Assembly (NCBI GenBank): GCA_044356295.1 | Contig: JBIKWN010000003.1 | Span: forward strand, 63,580-127,579 | DNA length: 64,000 bases | DNA from: Bdellovibrionota bacterium | GTDB taxonomy: Bacteria > Bdellovibrionota_C > UBA2361 > JBIKWN01 | Direction: 5' to 3' | Shown: one piece after another, positions 17,299-28,048 of the stretch | Numbering within the stretch: position 1 is the first letter of the stretch | Layout of the letters: the number at the start of each line of letters is the position of its first letter | Made by a program: the position numbers and the translations under genes | Notes under the pieces: model-generated | Told to the model about the DNA's origin: nothing | Databases searched by the model: none | The model's input: the letters and a program-made list of their open reading frames with translations, nothing else

Positions 17299-20200
17299 AT
17301 GAACATTACAGACCTTCTTGGCGTTGAGCTTTCTTCCCGTATTCCCACAATATCTCAAAAAAAATATTCACAACGAGTATTAAAAAATCAGGTCGCAACT
17401 CGAGAGGAAATCTCTCGACTCGGGATGACTCTTGCTGCTGATCATAAAATTAAAACTGCTCTTACTAATGATCGAAGACTCTATCTTCGCCTCAGAAGTA
17501 ACTGCGCTGATATTGAAAAAAGTTATTTGATACTTGCAGATACGGCACGTAAGAAGGAGGCAATTACTCCTGGCACTGAATGGTTACTTGATAACTATCA
17601 TGTCATTGAAAAACAAATTAACGAGATCAAAAATCATTTTCCTCGCGGTTATGACAAAACGCTTCCTCGACTTTTGGAAGGTGAATATCGTCAGTATCCT
17701 CGAGTCTACCATCTTGCAATGGAGTTCATTGCAAATACAGATTGTGTACTCGATACAGAGTTACTCAATGCCTATGTCGAAGGCTATCAAACACAAGCAG
17801 TACTACACATTGGTGAGGTATGGGCAGTACCAATTATGATTCGATTTGCTCTATTAGAGCAACTTCGAAATCTCTCGCTTTCAATGATTCGTGCGCGTGA
17901 AGAATTTAAGGCAGCGGAAAATTTGATTGAAGAAATTCTAGGTGATGAATCAAAGCCTGGAACACAAATTCTGTTGAATCTTGCTGAAAAAGTAATGCTC
18001 CGTCCAGATTTTCTTACAATGGGTGCAGGGCATTTAATAAGACGATTACGGGATAGAGGCCGAATCGCATCGCTTACTCTTCAATGGCTTGAAGAACGCT
18101 TGCGAGAAGAAGGTCAGGATCCAGAAGAAATTTTAAAAAATGAACAACGGCTACAAGCTGCTGATCAAATTACGATCGGAAATATTTTTACATCGCTTCG
18201 TTCGATTGCGTATGTTGATTGGGAAGGTTGGTTTGAGCACAACTGTAAGATTGAGCATATTTTAAGACTCGATCCTGCTGGGATATATCCACGTTGTGAT
18301 TTTAAAACTCGAGATGCATATCGTCATAGGATAGAACGGCTCGCTCGTTACGCAAAAAAAGACGAGACAGATGTTGCGGTTGCAGCAATAGGATTAGCGC
18401 GCGATTACCTTCATGCTCATAAAGATGCAGATGAAAAAGAAATAATACAAGATTATCGTGCCTCTGTGGGAGGATATCTTTCACAACGAGGGCTGCCTTT
18501 ACTAGAACAGTCCTTACAGTATCGACCTGGTATTGCTCAGTCATTACCACGGTTCATCAAAAGTCATCCAATTGCCTTCTACTTTTCGTTAATGGCATTT
18601 TTCACTGCGATTCCATATCTCTATGCGCTTTGTTATGCACAAACGTTTGCTTTATTTAATTGGGAAGTAATTCTTGTAGCTCTCCTTTGTTTTATTCCAG
18701 CTTCGGATCTTGGGAATAATATTACTCAGTGGCTTGTTACAAAATTTACCTCACCAAAGCTTCTTCCTAAGTTAAACTTTGAAAATGGGATACCTGAGGA
18801 ATGTAAAACCACAGTAGTCGTTCATTCTCTTTTTTCTGATAGAACTACTGCAAAAAATACAATTGAATCTCTTCATGTTCGATATCTTGGTAATGATGAT
18901 CCTAATCTCATTTACTGCGTTCTTGCTGATTTGTCTGATGCTGATACTGAAATTGCAGAGAAGGATCAAGTTATTCTTGAATATGCTCAGGCTAAAATTG
19001 CAGACCTCAGAGCACAGCATGGTCATGATCGATTTATGGTTCTCTTCCGTAGGCGACACTGGAATCCAAGCGAAGGCAAGTGGATGGCGTGGGAACGCAA
19101 GCGCGGAAAGGTTGAAGAATTCAACCTTTTATTACTCGGTGCAGTTAATACAAGTTTTATAATATCAGAGGAAGAGAGACGACTTTTACTAGGTACGAAA
19201 TACGTCATTACTCTTGATAACGACACACAACTGCCTCGTGGTACCGCCCAAAAATTAGTAGCGGCTGCATCTCATCCAATGAATGCTCCTGTCTTTAATC
19301 CACGAACAAATCGAGTTATTGACGGCTATACTATTATTCAACCACGTGTTGGAGTATCTCTAACAAGCGCAAATACTTCTTCATTCGCAAAAATATTTTC
19401 TGGAAATGCAGGACTTGATCCGTATACGCAAACTGTTTCTGATGTTTATCAAGATCTTTTTAGTGAAGGTTCATATATTGGAAAAGGAATTTACCGAGTT
19501 GATGCATTTGAAAAAGCGATGCATAACCGAGTGCCAACAAATGCATTACTGAGCCACGATCTTTTTGAAGGAATCTTTGCCCGTGTTGCTCTTGCATCTG
19601 ATATTGAGCTGTATGATGAGTTCCCTTCGAAATATCATGTTCATGCAAAACGACAACATCGTTGGATTCGTGGTGATTGGCAATTACTTCCATGGGTAGG
19701 AGTTAGATCTCCAGCACGAGAAGGAAAGGCGCCGTCTCGCGTTACACCACTAGGTTGGTGGAAACTTTTTGATAATTTACGAAGAAGTCTTGTTGCTCCT
19801 TCACTATTTGCATTGATCGCGTTTGGAAGTGTTGTCTTGCCTGGAAATCCACTTTTTTGGATTGCATTTGCTGCATTGGTAATCGCATTCCCTGTATATA
19901 CAAATCTTGCGCAGGCACTGATTATTCCACCTCAAGGTCTTTCTTACGAAAGTCATTTCGGGGGCATTTGGCGTGATTTTGCTAAAATGTTCAAACAGAC
20001 TCTTTTAACTTTAATTTTCATGCCTCATCAGGCATTCAACTCAGCTCATGCAATTACTATAACGTTATTGCGATTGTATGTTTCAAAAAAACATCTTTTG
20101 CAATGGGAAACTGCATATCACGCTGAACGTCGCATGACGTCCTCGTTGCTGAGCTTCCTTCATGAAATGATGTGGTCAATTTTCTTTACCACTGCATCAT

Positions 20201-23200
20201 TTACTTGGGTTGTGGTTGTTGCGCCAGAGCGCTTACCACTTGTTATTCCGTTATATATTTTGTGGTTTAGTGCTCCATTTGCAGCAAAAGAAATAAGCAG
20301 ACCAAGAACAGACTCTATTGCAAAGTTATCTGAGAGTGAAAAAGAAACAATAACTTCATATGCGCATGCAACATGGACGTACTTTCATCGTTACTTAACT
20401 GCAGAAAATAATTATCTCATTCCAGATAACTTTCAAGAAGTACCTTCTCCTGTTGTTGCACAAAGAACTTCACCAACAAATATTTCACTTTCAATGCTCA
20501 CCACTATTTCAGCATACGATTTAGGATTTATAAGTTCCTACCGTGCTGCAAATCTGGTGAATAATATTTTTAAAGGGCTTGCGAAACTCGAACGCTATAA
20601 CGGACATTTTCTTAACTGGTATAAAACTGATACCGCTGAGTCACTCTATCCACGTTATGTTTCAATGGTTGATAGTGGAAACATGGCTGGTCACTTGATT
20701 GCTGTGAAGAATGCATTAATTGAACTTAAAAAAACTCCTGTATTCTCTTTGCAACATGTACGACACATTATCGTAAGTGCTAAAAAAATTGAATCTAAGC
20801 TTGGAGAAAACTCTAAGTCTGCCATAAGAAATCTCTCTTCTCTTCTTTCAGCACCAGATGGACTACATTCAGACGGAATAAGCCAAGTTCAAAATGCACT
20901 AGAAATTCTTCATCAAACGCTACCTTCTGGAAATGAAGAAGCTTTAAGCATGCTCCGTGATGAATTAAGCGATTTTCTTGAAACATTAAAAATTTCTCAG
21001 CATGACGTCTATATCGTTCTTGATGAAGGAATTAAAGCTTGCTCTGACATAATTGAGAGTATTGATTTTAGTTTCTTATATGATAGCTCTAAAGATCTTT
21101 TTGCCATCGGTTATAATGTTGACGCGGCAAGAAGAGATACTAGTTACTACGATCTGCTTGCATCAGAAGCACGACTTGGAAGCCTTTGTGCAATTGCAAT
21201 GGGACAGCTTCCTGAGCGACATTGGTTTTCATTAGGAAGAGGGCTTACACAAGTATCAGGAGGCAAAGCGCTGCTTTCGTGGACTGGTACTATGTTTGAG
21301 TACTTGATGCCACTTCTTGTCATGAGAAGTTATCCGGATACTCTTTTACATGAAACATATGATGTTGTTGTTAAGGCACAAAAGAACTATGCAACAAAAA
21401 ATTTAATTCCTTGGGGAATTTCAGAATCAAGCTTTAGTGGAGTTGATTTTGAAAAAACGTACCAATACCGAGCATTTGGTGTTCCCGGACTTGGTCTAAA
21501 ACGAGGACTTGAAGATGACCTCGTTATTTCTCCATATTCAACCATGTTGGCACTTCCGATTGATCCAAAAGCTGCAATGAAAAATCTAGATCACATGAAG
21601 TCACTTGGATTCACCGGTGATTGTGGTTTTTATGAAGCTGTGGATTATACAAAAGAGCGCCTCGCTGCTAACGAGAAGTTTCATATCGTACGTTCATATT
21701 TTGCTCACCATCAAGGAATGAGCATGGTGGCTATGAATAATACGCTCCATGATCATATTTGGCAGAGAAGATTTCACCGTGATCCATTGATTCAATCAGT
21801 CGATCTTCTACTTCAAGAAAAATTCCCTGAACGGTTACCTGTTATTCTGCCCCATCAAACTGCGGCTACTGGAATTGAAGAGCGAAAAGCTGCTGATACA
21901 GAAGCTACGATGCAGCTATTCACAACTCCACATACTGCAGTTCCAAGAACTCACCTTTTATCGAACGGTCGCTATACTGTTATGGTTGATAACTCGGGTG
22001 GTGGATTTAGTTTGTATGACAAAGAAATTTCACTTACACGATGGAGAGAAGATACGGTTCAAAATGATATGGGAACCCATATCTATATACGAGACCTTGA
22101 TACTTCAAAAGTTTGGTCAGCAGGATATCAACCAACTTTTATTGAACCAAAATTATATGAAGCGATTTTCACACCTGATAAGGCTGAATTTAAGCGTCGT
22201 GATGAAAATATTTACTCTCATTTAGAAATTACAGTATCACCAGAAGACGATTTAGAGATTCGACGAATTACTGTTGCCAACACTGGAACAGAAAGAAGAA
22301 CGCTCGAGCTTACAAGCTTTGCAGAAGTTGCCCTTGCTCCAACAAGAGCAGATCAAGCACATCCAGCATTTGCAAAAATGTTTATTCAATCCGAGTACCT
22401 TGAAGAATATGATGCGCTACTTTTTTCAAGAAGACCTCGTTCTAAGAAAGAAGAAAAGACTTACTTACTACATCAAGTAGTAATGCATACCGTTTGGGAT
22501 AGAACTCGTTATGAATCTTCACGTGAAGTGTTTATTGGAAGAGGGAATAATTACAGAAACCCACATGCAATGCAGCCAAATGTTCAACTTTCTGGAACGA
22601 CAGGATATGTCCTGGATCCTTGTATGTCACTTCGAGTTAAAGTCGAGCTAGCACCTGGTGAGTCGCAAACGATTACCTATCTAACAGGTTTCTCAAGGGA
22701 TCGTGATGCAATTTTACAACTTGCAAATCGGTACCGAGACTTCAACCAGATCAATCGAGCTTTTGAAGTTGCATGGAGCCAAGCAAGTATTGAGCTTAGA
22801 AATGAACAAGCATATGGACAGCATGGTCCTGTATTCCAACGTTTAGCGAATGGATTGCTACTCAATATTGAGAAACTCAGAGCTAAGCCAGATGTGATTT
22901 CTCGGAATCGCCTCGGTCAATCAGGCCTATGGAGATTTGGAATCTCGGGTGATCTTCCAATTTGTTTAGTGAAAATTACTGAACAGAACCAAACAAAAAT
23001 CGTTGAAGAATTACTTCAGGCCCATCATTATCTTCGAAATAGAGGATTCCAATTTGATCTAGTTATTTTAAATGAACACTCAGGTGGATACTTACAAAGC
23101 GCGCAAGATGAAATTGAATTTTTAATTCGTTCAAGTTTTTCAGCACCTCTTATCGATCGAAAAGGTGGGATATTTACAAGAAATATTACTCAACTTTCTG

Positions 23201-25809
23201 AAGAAGAAAGGGACCTCTTGCAATCAGTTGCCCGAGTCGTTTTAAGTGGCCTTCGTGGATCACTAGCTGCTCAGATGCGGTTTGAAGAGCCTACTCAAGA
23301 ATATATCCCATTTGAAAGTAAACGCACTCCTAACTATGTCTTATCTTCTACTAAGAAAGTTCATCATGAAGGAGAATTCTTTAATGGAGTTGGAAGTTTT
23401 GATGAAGATGGAAAGTCTTACAGTTTCTCAATTAATGATAAGACACTTCCTCCTGCTCCATGGTCGAATGTAGTCGCTAATCCAAGATTTGGAACTGTGA
23501 TTACTGAAGTTGGTGGAGGTTATACATGGTCAGAGAATAGTCGTGAAAATCGTCTCACTCCATGGAGTAACGATCCAGTTATCGATCCGCTCGGTGAAGT
23601 CATATATTTCCGTGATGTAAAAAGTGGTGCTTTCTGGTGCCCTACTCCACGTCCAATTTCACTTGAATCTGATGTTTCAGTTCATCATCGATTTGGAGAA
23701 ACTGAATTTTTAACGACGATAGAAGGAATAACATCAACACTTTCTATTTCCGTCAGCCCTGATGACAATATTAAATTTTGGAATCTTGATCTTGAAAACG
23801 TAACTCCTGCACCCAGAACAATCGAAGTATATCTTTATGCAAATTGGGTCATGGGCGTTCAGCGTCAAGATTCATACATGCAACTGGTAAGTTCCTTTGA
23901 TAAAGACAATGAAACACTCTATGTACAGAATCACTACAATGCTGATTTTGGTAGAAAAGTTTTATTTCTTGGGTCATCTGCTCCAATTGATACATATACC
24001 ACTCAGCGTGCAGAGTTTATTGGAAGAAACCGAGATCTATCATCTCCAATAGCGCTTGCTTCAGTGAGTAATACTCAAAAAGGTGGAGCAAAATCTATTG
24101 TTAAACTCTCTGGAAGAACCGGTGCATGTCATGATTCCTGCGGCGTTATTAAAGTAATCGTTCAGATTGAGCCAAATCAAACTGAGCGTGTAAGCCTCTT
24201 TTTAGGTGATGCTGATTCAGTTGAACTGATGAAGTTAAAGGCTGAAAAAGCAAAAGATGAAAGCTTTGCACGCGAAGAAGCGCTTCGAACTAAAGCTCTT
24301 TATAAAGATGTAACAACTTCCGTGCAGATTAAGACACCACTAAGAAGTTTTGACATTTTAGTTAATGGTTGGCTGCTTTACCAAACGATTGGTTGTCGGC
24401 TATGGGGAAGAACTGGATTTTATCAGAGCGGTGGAGCATTTGGTTTTAGGGACCAACTTCAAGACTCAATGGCTCTGCTCTATTCAAGACCTGATCTTGT
24501 AAGAAGTCAGATCTTGCTCCATGCAAGCAGACAATTTGCAGAAGGTGACGTGCAGCACTGGTGGCACCCACCGACAGGGAAAGGTGTTCGAACACGAATC
24601 TCAGATGATTACCTTTGGATGCCTCTGATAACACAAAAATATATAGAAGTTACCGGAGATACTTCAATCCTCGATGAACGTGCTGGATTTATTGATGGAC
24701 CAATACTTGCCGAACACGAAATGGAAGCCTATATCGTTCCACACGTAAGCCAACATACAGCAACGATTTACGAAAAATGTATCTTAATGATCGATAGATC
24801 ACTAACGCTTATCGGTGAACGAGGTATGCCACTTATGGGATGTGGTGACTGGAATGACGGAATGAATGAAATTGGTCATCATGGAAAAGGTGAATCAGTG
24901 TGGATGGGATGGTTCCTTGCAACTGTGATTAAACACTTTATTCCGTCTGTCGAAAAACGAGGTGATTCAAAACGAGTAGCACGCTATGAAGCTGCTATTT
25001 CATCACTCAAGAATGCGTTGGAAACAAATGCATGGGATGGTGATTGGTACCGAAGAGCATACTTTGACGATGGCTCGCCAGTAGGAAGCAAACTTTCTGA
25101 AGAATGTCAGATTGATTCATTACCTCAAAGTTGGAGCATAATTTCAGGAATTGGTGATGAAGGACGATCGAAAGTTGCGATGGACAATGTCTATGATCGA
25201 CTCGTTTCAGATGAGTTTAAAATTATTAAACTCTTCACTCCTCCTTTTAACACCGGCCCGCAAGAGCCTGGCTATATTAAAGGATACCTTCCTGGTATCA
25301 GAGAAAACGGTGGTCAGTATACCCACGCATCTGCTTGGGTGATTATAGCAACTGCCCTTATGGGTAGAGGTTCGAAGGCAGTCGAGTTATTTGAATTAAT
25401 CAATCCACTTAACCATACGAAAGATGTTGCTGGGACAGCCAAGTATCGTTGCGAACCGTACGTTCTGTGCGGTGATGTGTATTCTGCTGCTCCGTATGAG
25501 GGGCGTGCTGGTTGGAGTTGGTATACAGGTTCGGCTGGATGGATGTATCAGGCGGCGATTGAATATATTTTTGGACTAAAAGTAACTAAAGATTTTTTTA
25601 CAGTTGAGCCGTGTATACCTAATGATTGGAAGGAATTATCACTGACCTATCGACGTGGAAATTCAGTCTATCAAGTAAGTATCCTAAACCCACAGGGTGT
25701 TGAGCGTGGCGTAAAATCGGTAAGCATTGATGGTAGTGTCGTTTCAGATGGTAAGGTTATTTTTACCCAAGACGGAAAAACTCATCAAATTACCGTCACA
25801 CTCGGATAA
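17299..25809 (+). CDS. ndvB: Cyclic beta-1,2-glucan synthase (Cgs/NdvB/ChvB)
   Basis: 2836 aa; EWLLDNY, WERKRGK, YVITLDND, LLSHDLFEG, RWIRGDWQL, RTSPTNI, YDLLASEARL, PWGISES, and GH94-like QSGGAFGFRDQLQD, GDWNDGMN, RENGGQYTH, WYTGSAGW motifs. Confidence 0.95.
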   Translation: MNITDLLGVELSSRIPTISQKKYSQRVLKNQVATREEISRLGMTLAADHKIKTALTNDRRLYLRLRSNCADIEKSYLILADTARKKEAITPGTEWLLDNYHVIEKQINEIKNHFPRGYDKTLPRLLEGEYRQYPRVYHLAMEFIANTDCVLDTELLNAYVEGYQTQAVLHIGEVWAVPIMIRFALLEQLRNLSLSMIRAREEFKAAENLIEEILGDESKPGTQILLNLAEKVMLRPDFLTMGAGHLIRRLRDRGRIASLTLQWLEERLREEGQDPEEILKNEQRLQAADQITIGNIFTSLRSIAYVDWEGWFEHNCKIEHILRLDPAGIYPRCDFKTRDAYRHRIERLARYAKKDETDVAVAAIGLARDYLHAHKDADEKEIIQDYRASVGGYLSQRGLPLLEQSLQYRPGIAQSLPRFIKSHPIAFYFSLMAFFTAIPYLYALCYAQTFALFNWEVILVALLCFIPASDLGNNITQWLVTKFTSPKLLPKLNFENGIPEECKTTVVVHSLFSDRTTAKNTIESLHVRYLGNDDPNLIYCVLADLSDADTEIAEKDQVILEYAQAKIADLRAQHGHDRFMVLFRRRHWNPSEGKWMAWERKRGKVEEFNLLLLGAVNTSFIISEEERRLLLGTKYVITLDNDTQLPRGTAQKLVAAASHPMNAPVFNPRTNRVIDGYTIIQPRVGVSLTSANTSSFAKIFSGNAGLDPYTQTVSDVYQDLFSEGSYIGKGIYRVDAFEKAMHNRVPTNALLSHDLFEGIFARVALASDIELYDEFPSKYHVHAKRQHRWIRGDWQLLPWVGVRSPAREGKAPSRVTPLGWWKLFDNLRRSLVAPSLFALIAFGSVVLPGNPLFWIAFAALVIAFPVYTNLAQALIIPPQGLSYESHFGGIWRDFAKMFKQTLLTLIFMPHQAFNSAHAITITLLRLYVSKKHLLQWETAYHAERRMTSSLLSFLHEMMWSIFFTTASFTWVVVVAPERLPLVIPLYILWFSAPFAAKEISRPRTDSIAKLSESEKETITSYAHATWTYFHRYLTAENNYLIPDNFQEVPSPVVAQRTSPTNISLSMLTTISAYDLGFISSYRAANLVNNIFKGLAKLERYNGHFLNWYKTDTAESLYPRYVSMVDSGNMAGHLIAVKNALIELKKTPVFSLQHVRHIIVSAKKIESKLGENSKSAIRNLSSLLSAPDGLHSDGISQVQNALEILHQTLPSGNEEALSMLRDELSDFLETLKISQHDVYIVLDEGIKACSDIIESIDFSFLYDSSKDLFAIGYNVDAARRDTSYYDLLASEARLGSLCAIAMGQLPERHWFSLGRGLTQVSGGKALLSWTGTMFEYLMPLLVMRSYPDTLLHETYDVVVKAQKNYATKNLIPWGISESSFSGVDFEKTYQYRAFGVPGLGLKRGLEDDLVISPYSTMLALPIDPKAAMKNLDHMKSLGFTGDCGFYEAVDYTKERLAANEKFHIVRSYFAHHQGMSMVAMNNTLHDHIWQRRFHRDPLIQSVDLLLQEKFPERLPVILPHQTAATGIEERKAADTEATMQLFTTPHTAVPRTHLLSNGRYTVMVDNSGGGFSLYDKEISLTRWREDTVQNDMGTHIYIRDLDTSKVWSAGYQPTFIEPKLYEAIFTPDKAEFKRRDENIYSHLEITVSPEDDLEIRRITVANTGTERRTLELTSFAEVALAPTRADQAHPAFAKMFIQSEYLEEYDALLFSRRPRSKKEEKTYLLHQVVMHTVWDRTRYESSREVFIGRGNNYRNPHAMQPNVQLSGTTGYVLDPCMSLRVKVELAPGESQTITYLTGFSRDRDAILQLANRYRDFNQINRAFEVAWSQASIELRNEQAYGQHGPVFQRLANGLLLNIEKLRAKPDVISRNRLGQSGLWRFGISGDLPICLVKITEQNQTKIVEELLQAHHYLRNRGFQFDLVILNEHSGGYLQSAQDEIEFLIRSSFSAPLIDRKGGIFTRNITQLSEEERDLLQSVARVVLSGLRGSLAAQMRFEEPTQEYIPFESKRTPNYVLSSTKKVHHEGEFFNGVGSFDEDGKSYSFSINDKTLPPAPWSNVVANPRFGTVITEVGGGYTWSENSRENRLTPWSNDPVIDPLGEVIYFRDVKSGAFWCPTPRPISLESDVSVHHRFGETEFLTTIEGITSTLSISVSPDDNIKFWNLDLENVTPAPRTIEVYLYANWVMGVQRQDSYMQLVSSFDKDNETLYVQNHYNADFGRKVLFLGSSAPIDTYTTQRAEFIGRNRDLSSPIALASVSNTQKGGAKSIVKLSGRTGACHDSCGVIKVIVQIEPNQTERVSLFLGDADSVELMKLKAEKAKDESFAREEALRTKALYKDVTTSVQIKTPLRSFDILVNGWLLYQTIGCRLWGRTGFYQSGGAFGFRDQLQDSMALLYSRPDLVRSQILLHASRQFAEGDVQHWWHPPTGKGVRTRISDDYLWMPLITQKYIEVTGDTSILDERAGFIDGPILAEHEMEAYIVPHVSQHTATIYEKCILMIDRSLTLIGERGMPLMGCGDWNDGMNEIGHHGKGESVWMGWFLATVIKHFIPSVEKRGDSKRVARYEAAISSLKNALETNAWDGDWYRRAYFDDGSPVGSKLSEECQIDSLPQSWSIISGIGDEGRSKVAMDNVYDRLVSDEFKIIKLFTPPFNTGPQEPGYIKGYLPGIRENGGQYTHASAWVIIATALMGRGSKAVELFELINPLNHTKDVAGTAKYRCEPYVLCGDVYSAAPYEGRAGWSWYTGSAGWMYQAAIEYIFGLKVTKDFFTVEPCIPNDWKELSLTYRRGNSVYQVSILNPQGVERGVKSVSIDGSVVSDGKVIFTQDGKTHQITVTLG

Positions 25810-25813
25810 GAAA

Positions 25814-26554
25814 TTACAACCCAGTAACATCATACCCCAACGCTAGTAGCGCTTTCTTTTGAAGGCGCTTTCTTGCCCGGATACTTTTCCCACGATATTT
25901 ATATCGAACCGGATAAGGACCGCTTGGAGGAGGATTTTTTAACCTTTCTTCTAACTCTTTGTAATAAATAGCTGATTGATCTTCAGGAAGTGCATTCGTA
26001 AGTGCAGTAAGTCTTCTAAATTGTTTCAACGCTGGTGCATAGACAAAGTTACTATTTTGTAGAAACGCAATGTGATTAAGCACAACTAGAATATCATTAA
26101 CGAGAGTCTTTAAGTGTTCACAGAATTTCTCTTGAATTCTCAGTTTTCTTACTTCTAAAGAGAGAGAACAAACATCTTTTAAACTTTCATTCGAATAGGG
26201 TTCAAAAAGAAATCCATGCGCTCCAAGTATTGTTAGTTCAAGCTCAGATGAAGCAAGCTCTTCATCCATACGTTTCATCATTATAAAAGCTGCTTCATCT
26301 GCAGAAGGAATCGTTTTTGCATTAGTAATAAATGAAGATATCTCTTCACTATCAAATCCTGAAGAGATGAAGATAATATTCTTTATTTTTTGCGATTTCA
26401 TTAATAATGGAATTGCCAGATGAAGATCACTTACCTGGTCAATATGTTCAAAATTACCAAGCGACTGACATACTTCTCGCAGTCTTTTTCTTGACGTAAG
26501 TCGTTCATCAATGATGAGTATGTTATGTCGACTATTTATCTCAGAGGCATTCAT
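25814..26554 (-). CDS. Degenerate receiver-domain protein
   Basis: ILIIDE..RKRLRE and GAHGFLFEPYS give a CheY-like pattern, but there is no Asp after IIFI and Glu sits at the conserved Lys position. Confidence 0.6.
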   Translation of the reverse strand: MNASEINSRHNILIIDERLTSRKRLREVCQSLGNFEHIDQVSDLHLAIPLLMKSQKIKNIIFISSGFDSEEISSFITNAKTIPSADEAAFIMMKRMDEELASSELELTILGAHGFLFEPYSNESLKDVCSLSLEVRKLRIQEKFCEHLKTLVNDILVVLNHIAFLQNSNFVYAPALKQFRRLTALTNALPEDQSAIYYKELEERLKNPPPSGPYPVRYKYRGKSIRARKRLQKKALLALGYDVTGL

Positions 26555-26847
26555 AGGGGTTATCTGTATTCTTTTAGTAAAAAAGTAGTTCGGCTGATCG
26601 AGGCTTCCAGAACAGTAAATGAGTCTAAATAAATAAAGATAGTCATCTTTAAGAATTATTCTTATTGTATTTTTTCCATGAGAAGTAAATTAGCTGCATT
26701 GGTTACTAATTTTTCGTATTCCAAGAAAGTCAAACTATCCTTGTTTTTGCCTTTGTAAAAAACTCATTTCAAAGCTATAAAAACGGATTACACTCCTTCT
26801 GGCACACTGTTAGTATTCTTTCATGCGACTATCAAGCTCAATTACAT

Positions 26848-28044
26848 ATGATTAAAAAAGCTTGTGTAATCCTTGTTTTCTTTATTGTAATTTTAGTGAG
26901 CTGGGCTACTTTTACAGTCTATACCTACTCGCCAGCAAGCTCTACGCTCACTCTTACGCTACCCCAACATTTAAAAGATACAATCATCGCAACCGAGGAT
27001 GATTATTTTCATTCTCACTTTGGAATAAGCTTGAGATCGACATACTTGGCATTCGCTAGGAATTTAAAATCGGGGAGTATTCGATTCGGCGGAAGTACCA
27101 TTACACAACAATTAATGAAAAATTTATTTTTATCGAAGGAACGTACTATTCGAAGAAAAATTCTTGAGGCGACACTCGCCATCATTTTCGAAATTCGTTT
27201 TTCCAAAGAAGAAATACTATCACAGTATCTTTCAATCGTTGACTTTGGAATGGGTCAAGTTGGGATCCAGGGTGCTACTGATTTCTACTTCCAAAAAGTG
27301 CCCAGTGACATAACAATTGTTGAATCTGCGTTTTTAGCTGGTATTATCTCGAACCCCCCTCGAAAATTTCTTTTACAAGATCAGATCATAAAAGCAACAT
27401 CGATTGGATTGTTTAGGCTAAATAATCTTTTTTCGTTCAGATACGAATTGCCAAGAGTAACACGTGCCCAAGTATTAAGAATGGTCATTCCCTATTCAGG
27501 TCCATACGAGAGGGGTGCTTACGCAACGATCCCACCAGTAATTTTTGGAGTGAAACTTTTTTACTATACTGATCTTTCAAATGCACGTGGGCGAAACGCC
27601 GTAAATCCTGCACTAAGAGATGCTTTTATTGAATTCGTTCTTGATGCAAAAGATCTCTTTGGAATTACTGCAGTCGAAAACATGGGTGTATTTAATGATA
27701 GACTACAAACAAATTCTAGCGACTATCTATCTTCTCATGCATATGGAAGAGCCATAGATATCTCTGCATTTCAATATCACAATGCCATCAAATCACCAGT
27801 GATAGAACATGATGAGACCCTAATACCTATTATCACCTTAGCACAAAAATATTTTGATATTGTTTTAACTCCCTTCAACGATCCTATCTCTCATAATAAT
27901 CATATTCATGCTGAGGTTTTACCTCGTATTTCTTGTTACTGTTCTGATTTTATCTGGATTCTGGGGTCGCCCGCATGGCGGTGGTGTAGAAAGGATTTTC
28001 GATTAAGAAATGAATCTAATTACTCGTGTAAGGTGTGTATATAG
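26848..28044 (+). CDS. GT51 peptidoglycan transglycosylase fused to extensin-like/LAS metallopeptidase domain
   Basis: IATEDDYFHSHFGI, GGSTITQQLMKN, RKILE and SKEEIL..YL; C-terminal SSHAYGRAIDIS...HNNHIH. Confidence 0.82.
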   Translation: MIKKACVILVFFIVILVSWATFTVYTYSPASSTLTLTLPQHLKDTIIATEDDYFHSHFGISLRSTYLAFARNLKSGSIRFGGSTITQQLMKNLFLSKERTIRRKILEATLAIIFEIRFSKEEILSQYLSIVDFGMGQVGIQGATDFYFQKVPSDITIVESAFLAGIISNPPRKFLLQDQIIKATSIGLFRLNNLFSFRYELPRVTRAQVLRMVIPYSGPYERGAYATIPPVIFGVKLFYYTDLSNARGRNAVNPALRDAFIEFVLDAKDLFGITAVENMGVFNDRLQTNSSDYLSSHAYGRAIDISAFQYHNAIKSPVIEHDETLIPIITLAQKYFDIVLTPFNDPISHNNHIHAEVLPRISCYCSDFIWILGSPAWRWCRKDFRLRNESNYSCKVCI

Positions 28045-28048
28045 TTTT

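Noticed and set aside
17534..25342. Many 60-116 aa ORFs inside the glucan synthase gene
   Set aside because: Off-frame or antisense shadows with no motifs; the same applies to similar short ORFs in gatAB, typA, hisS and others.
26800..26816. Sigma54-like TGGCAC-N5-TAGT upstream of the GT51 fusion
   Set aside because: The -12 element is GT rather than the near-invariant GC; too weak to call.
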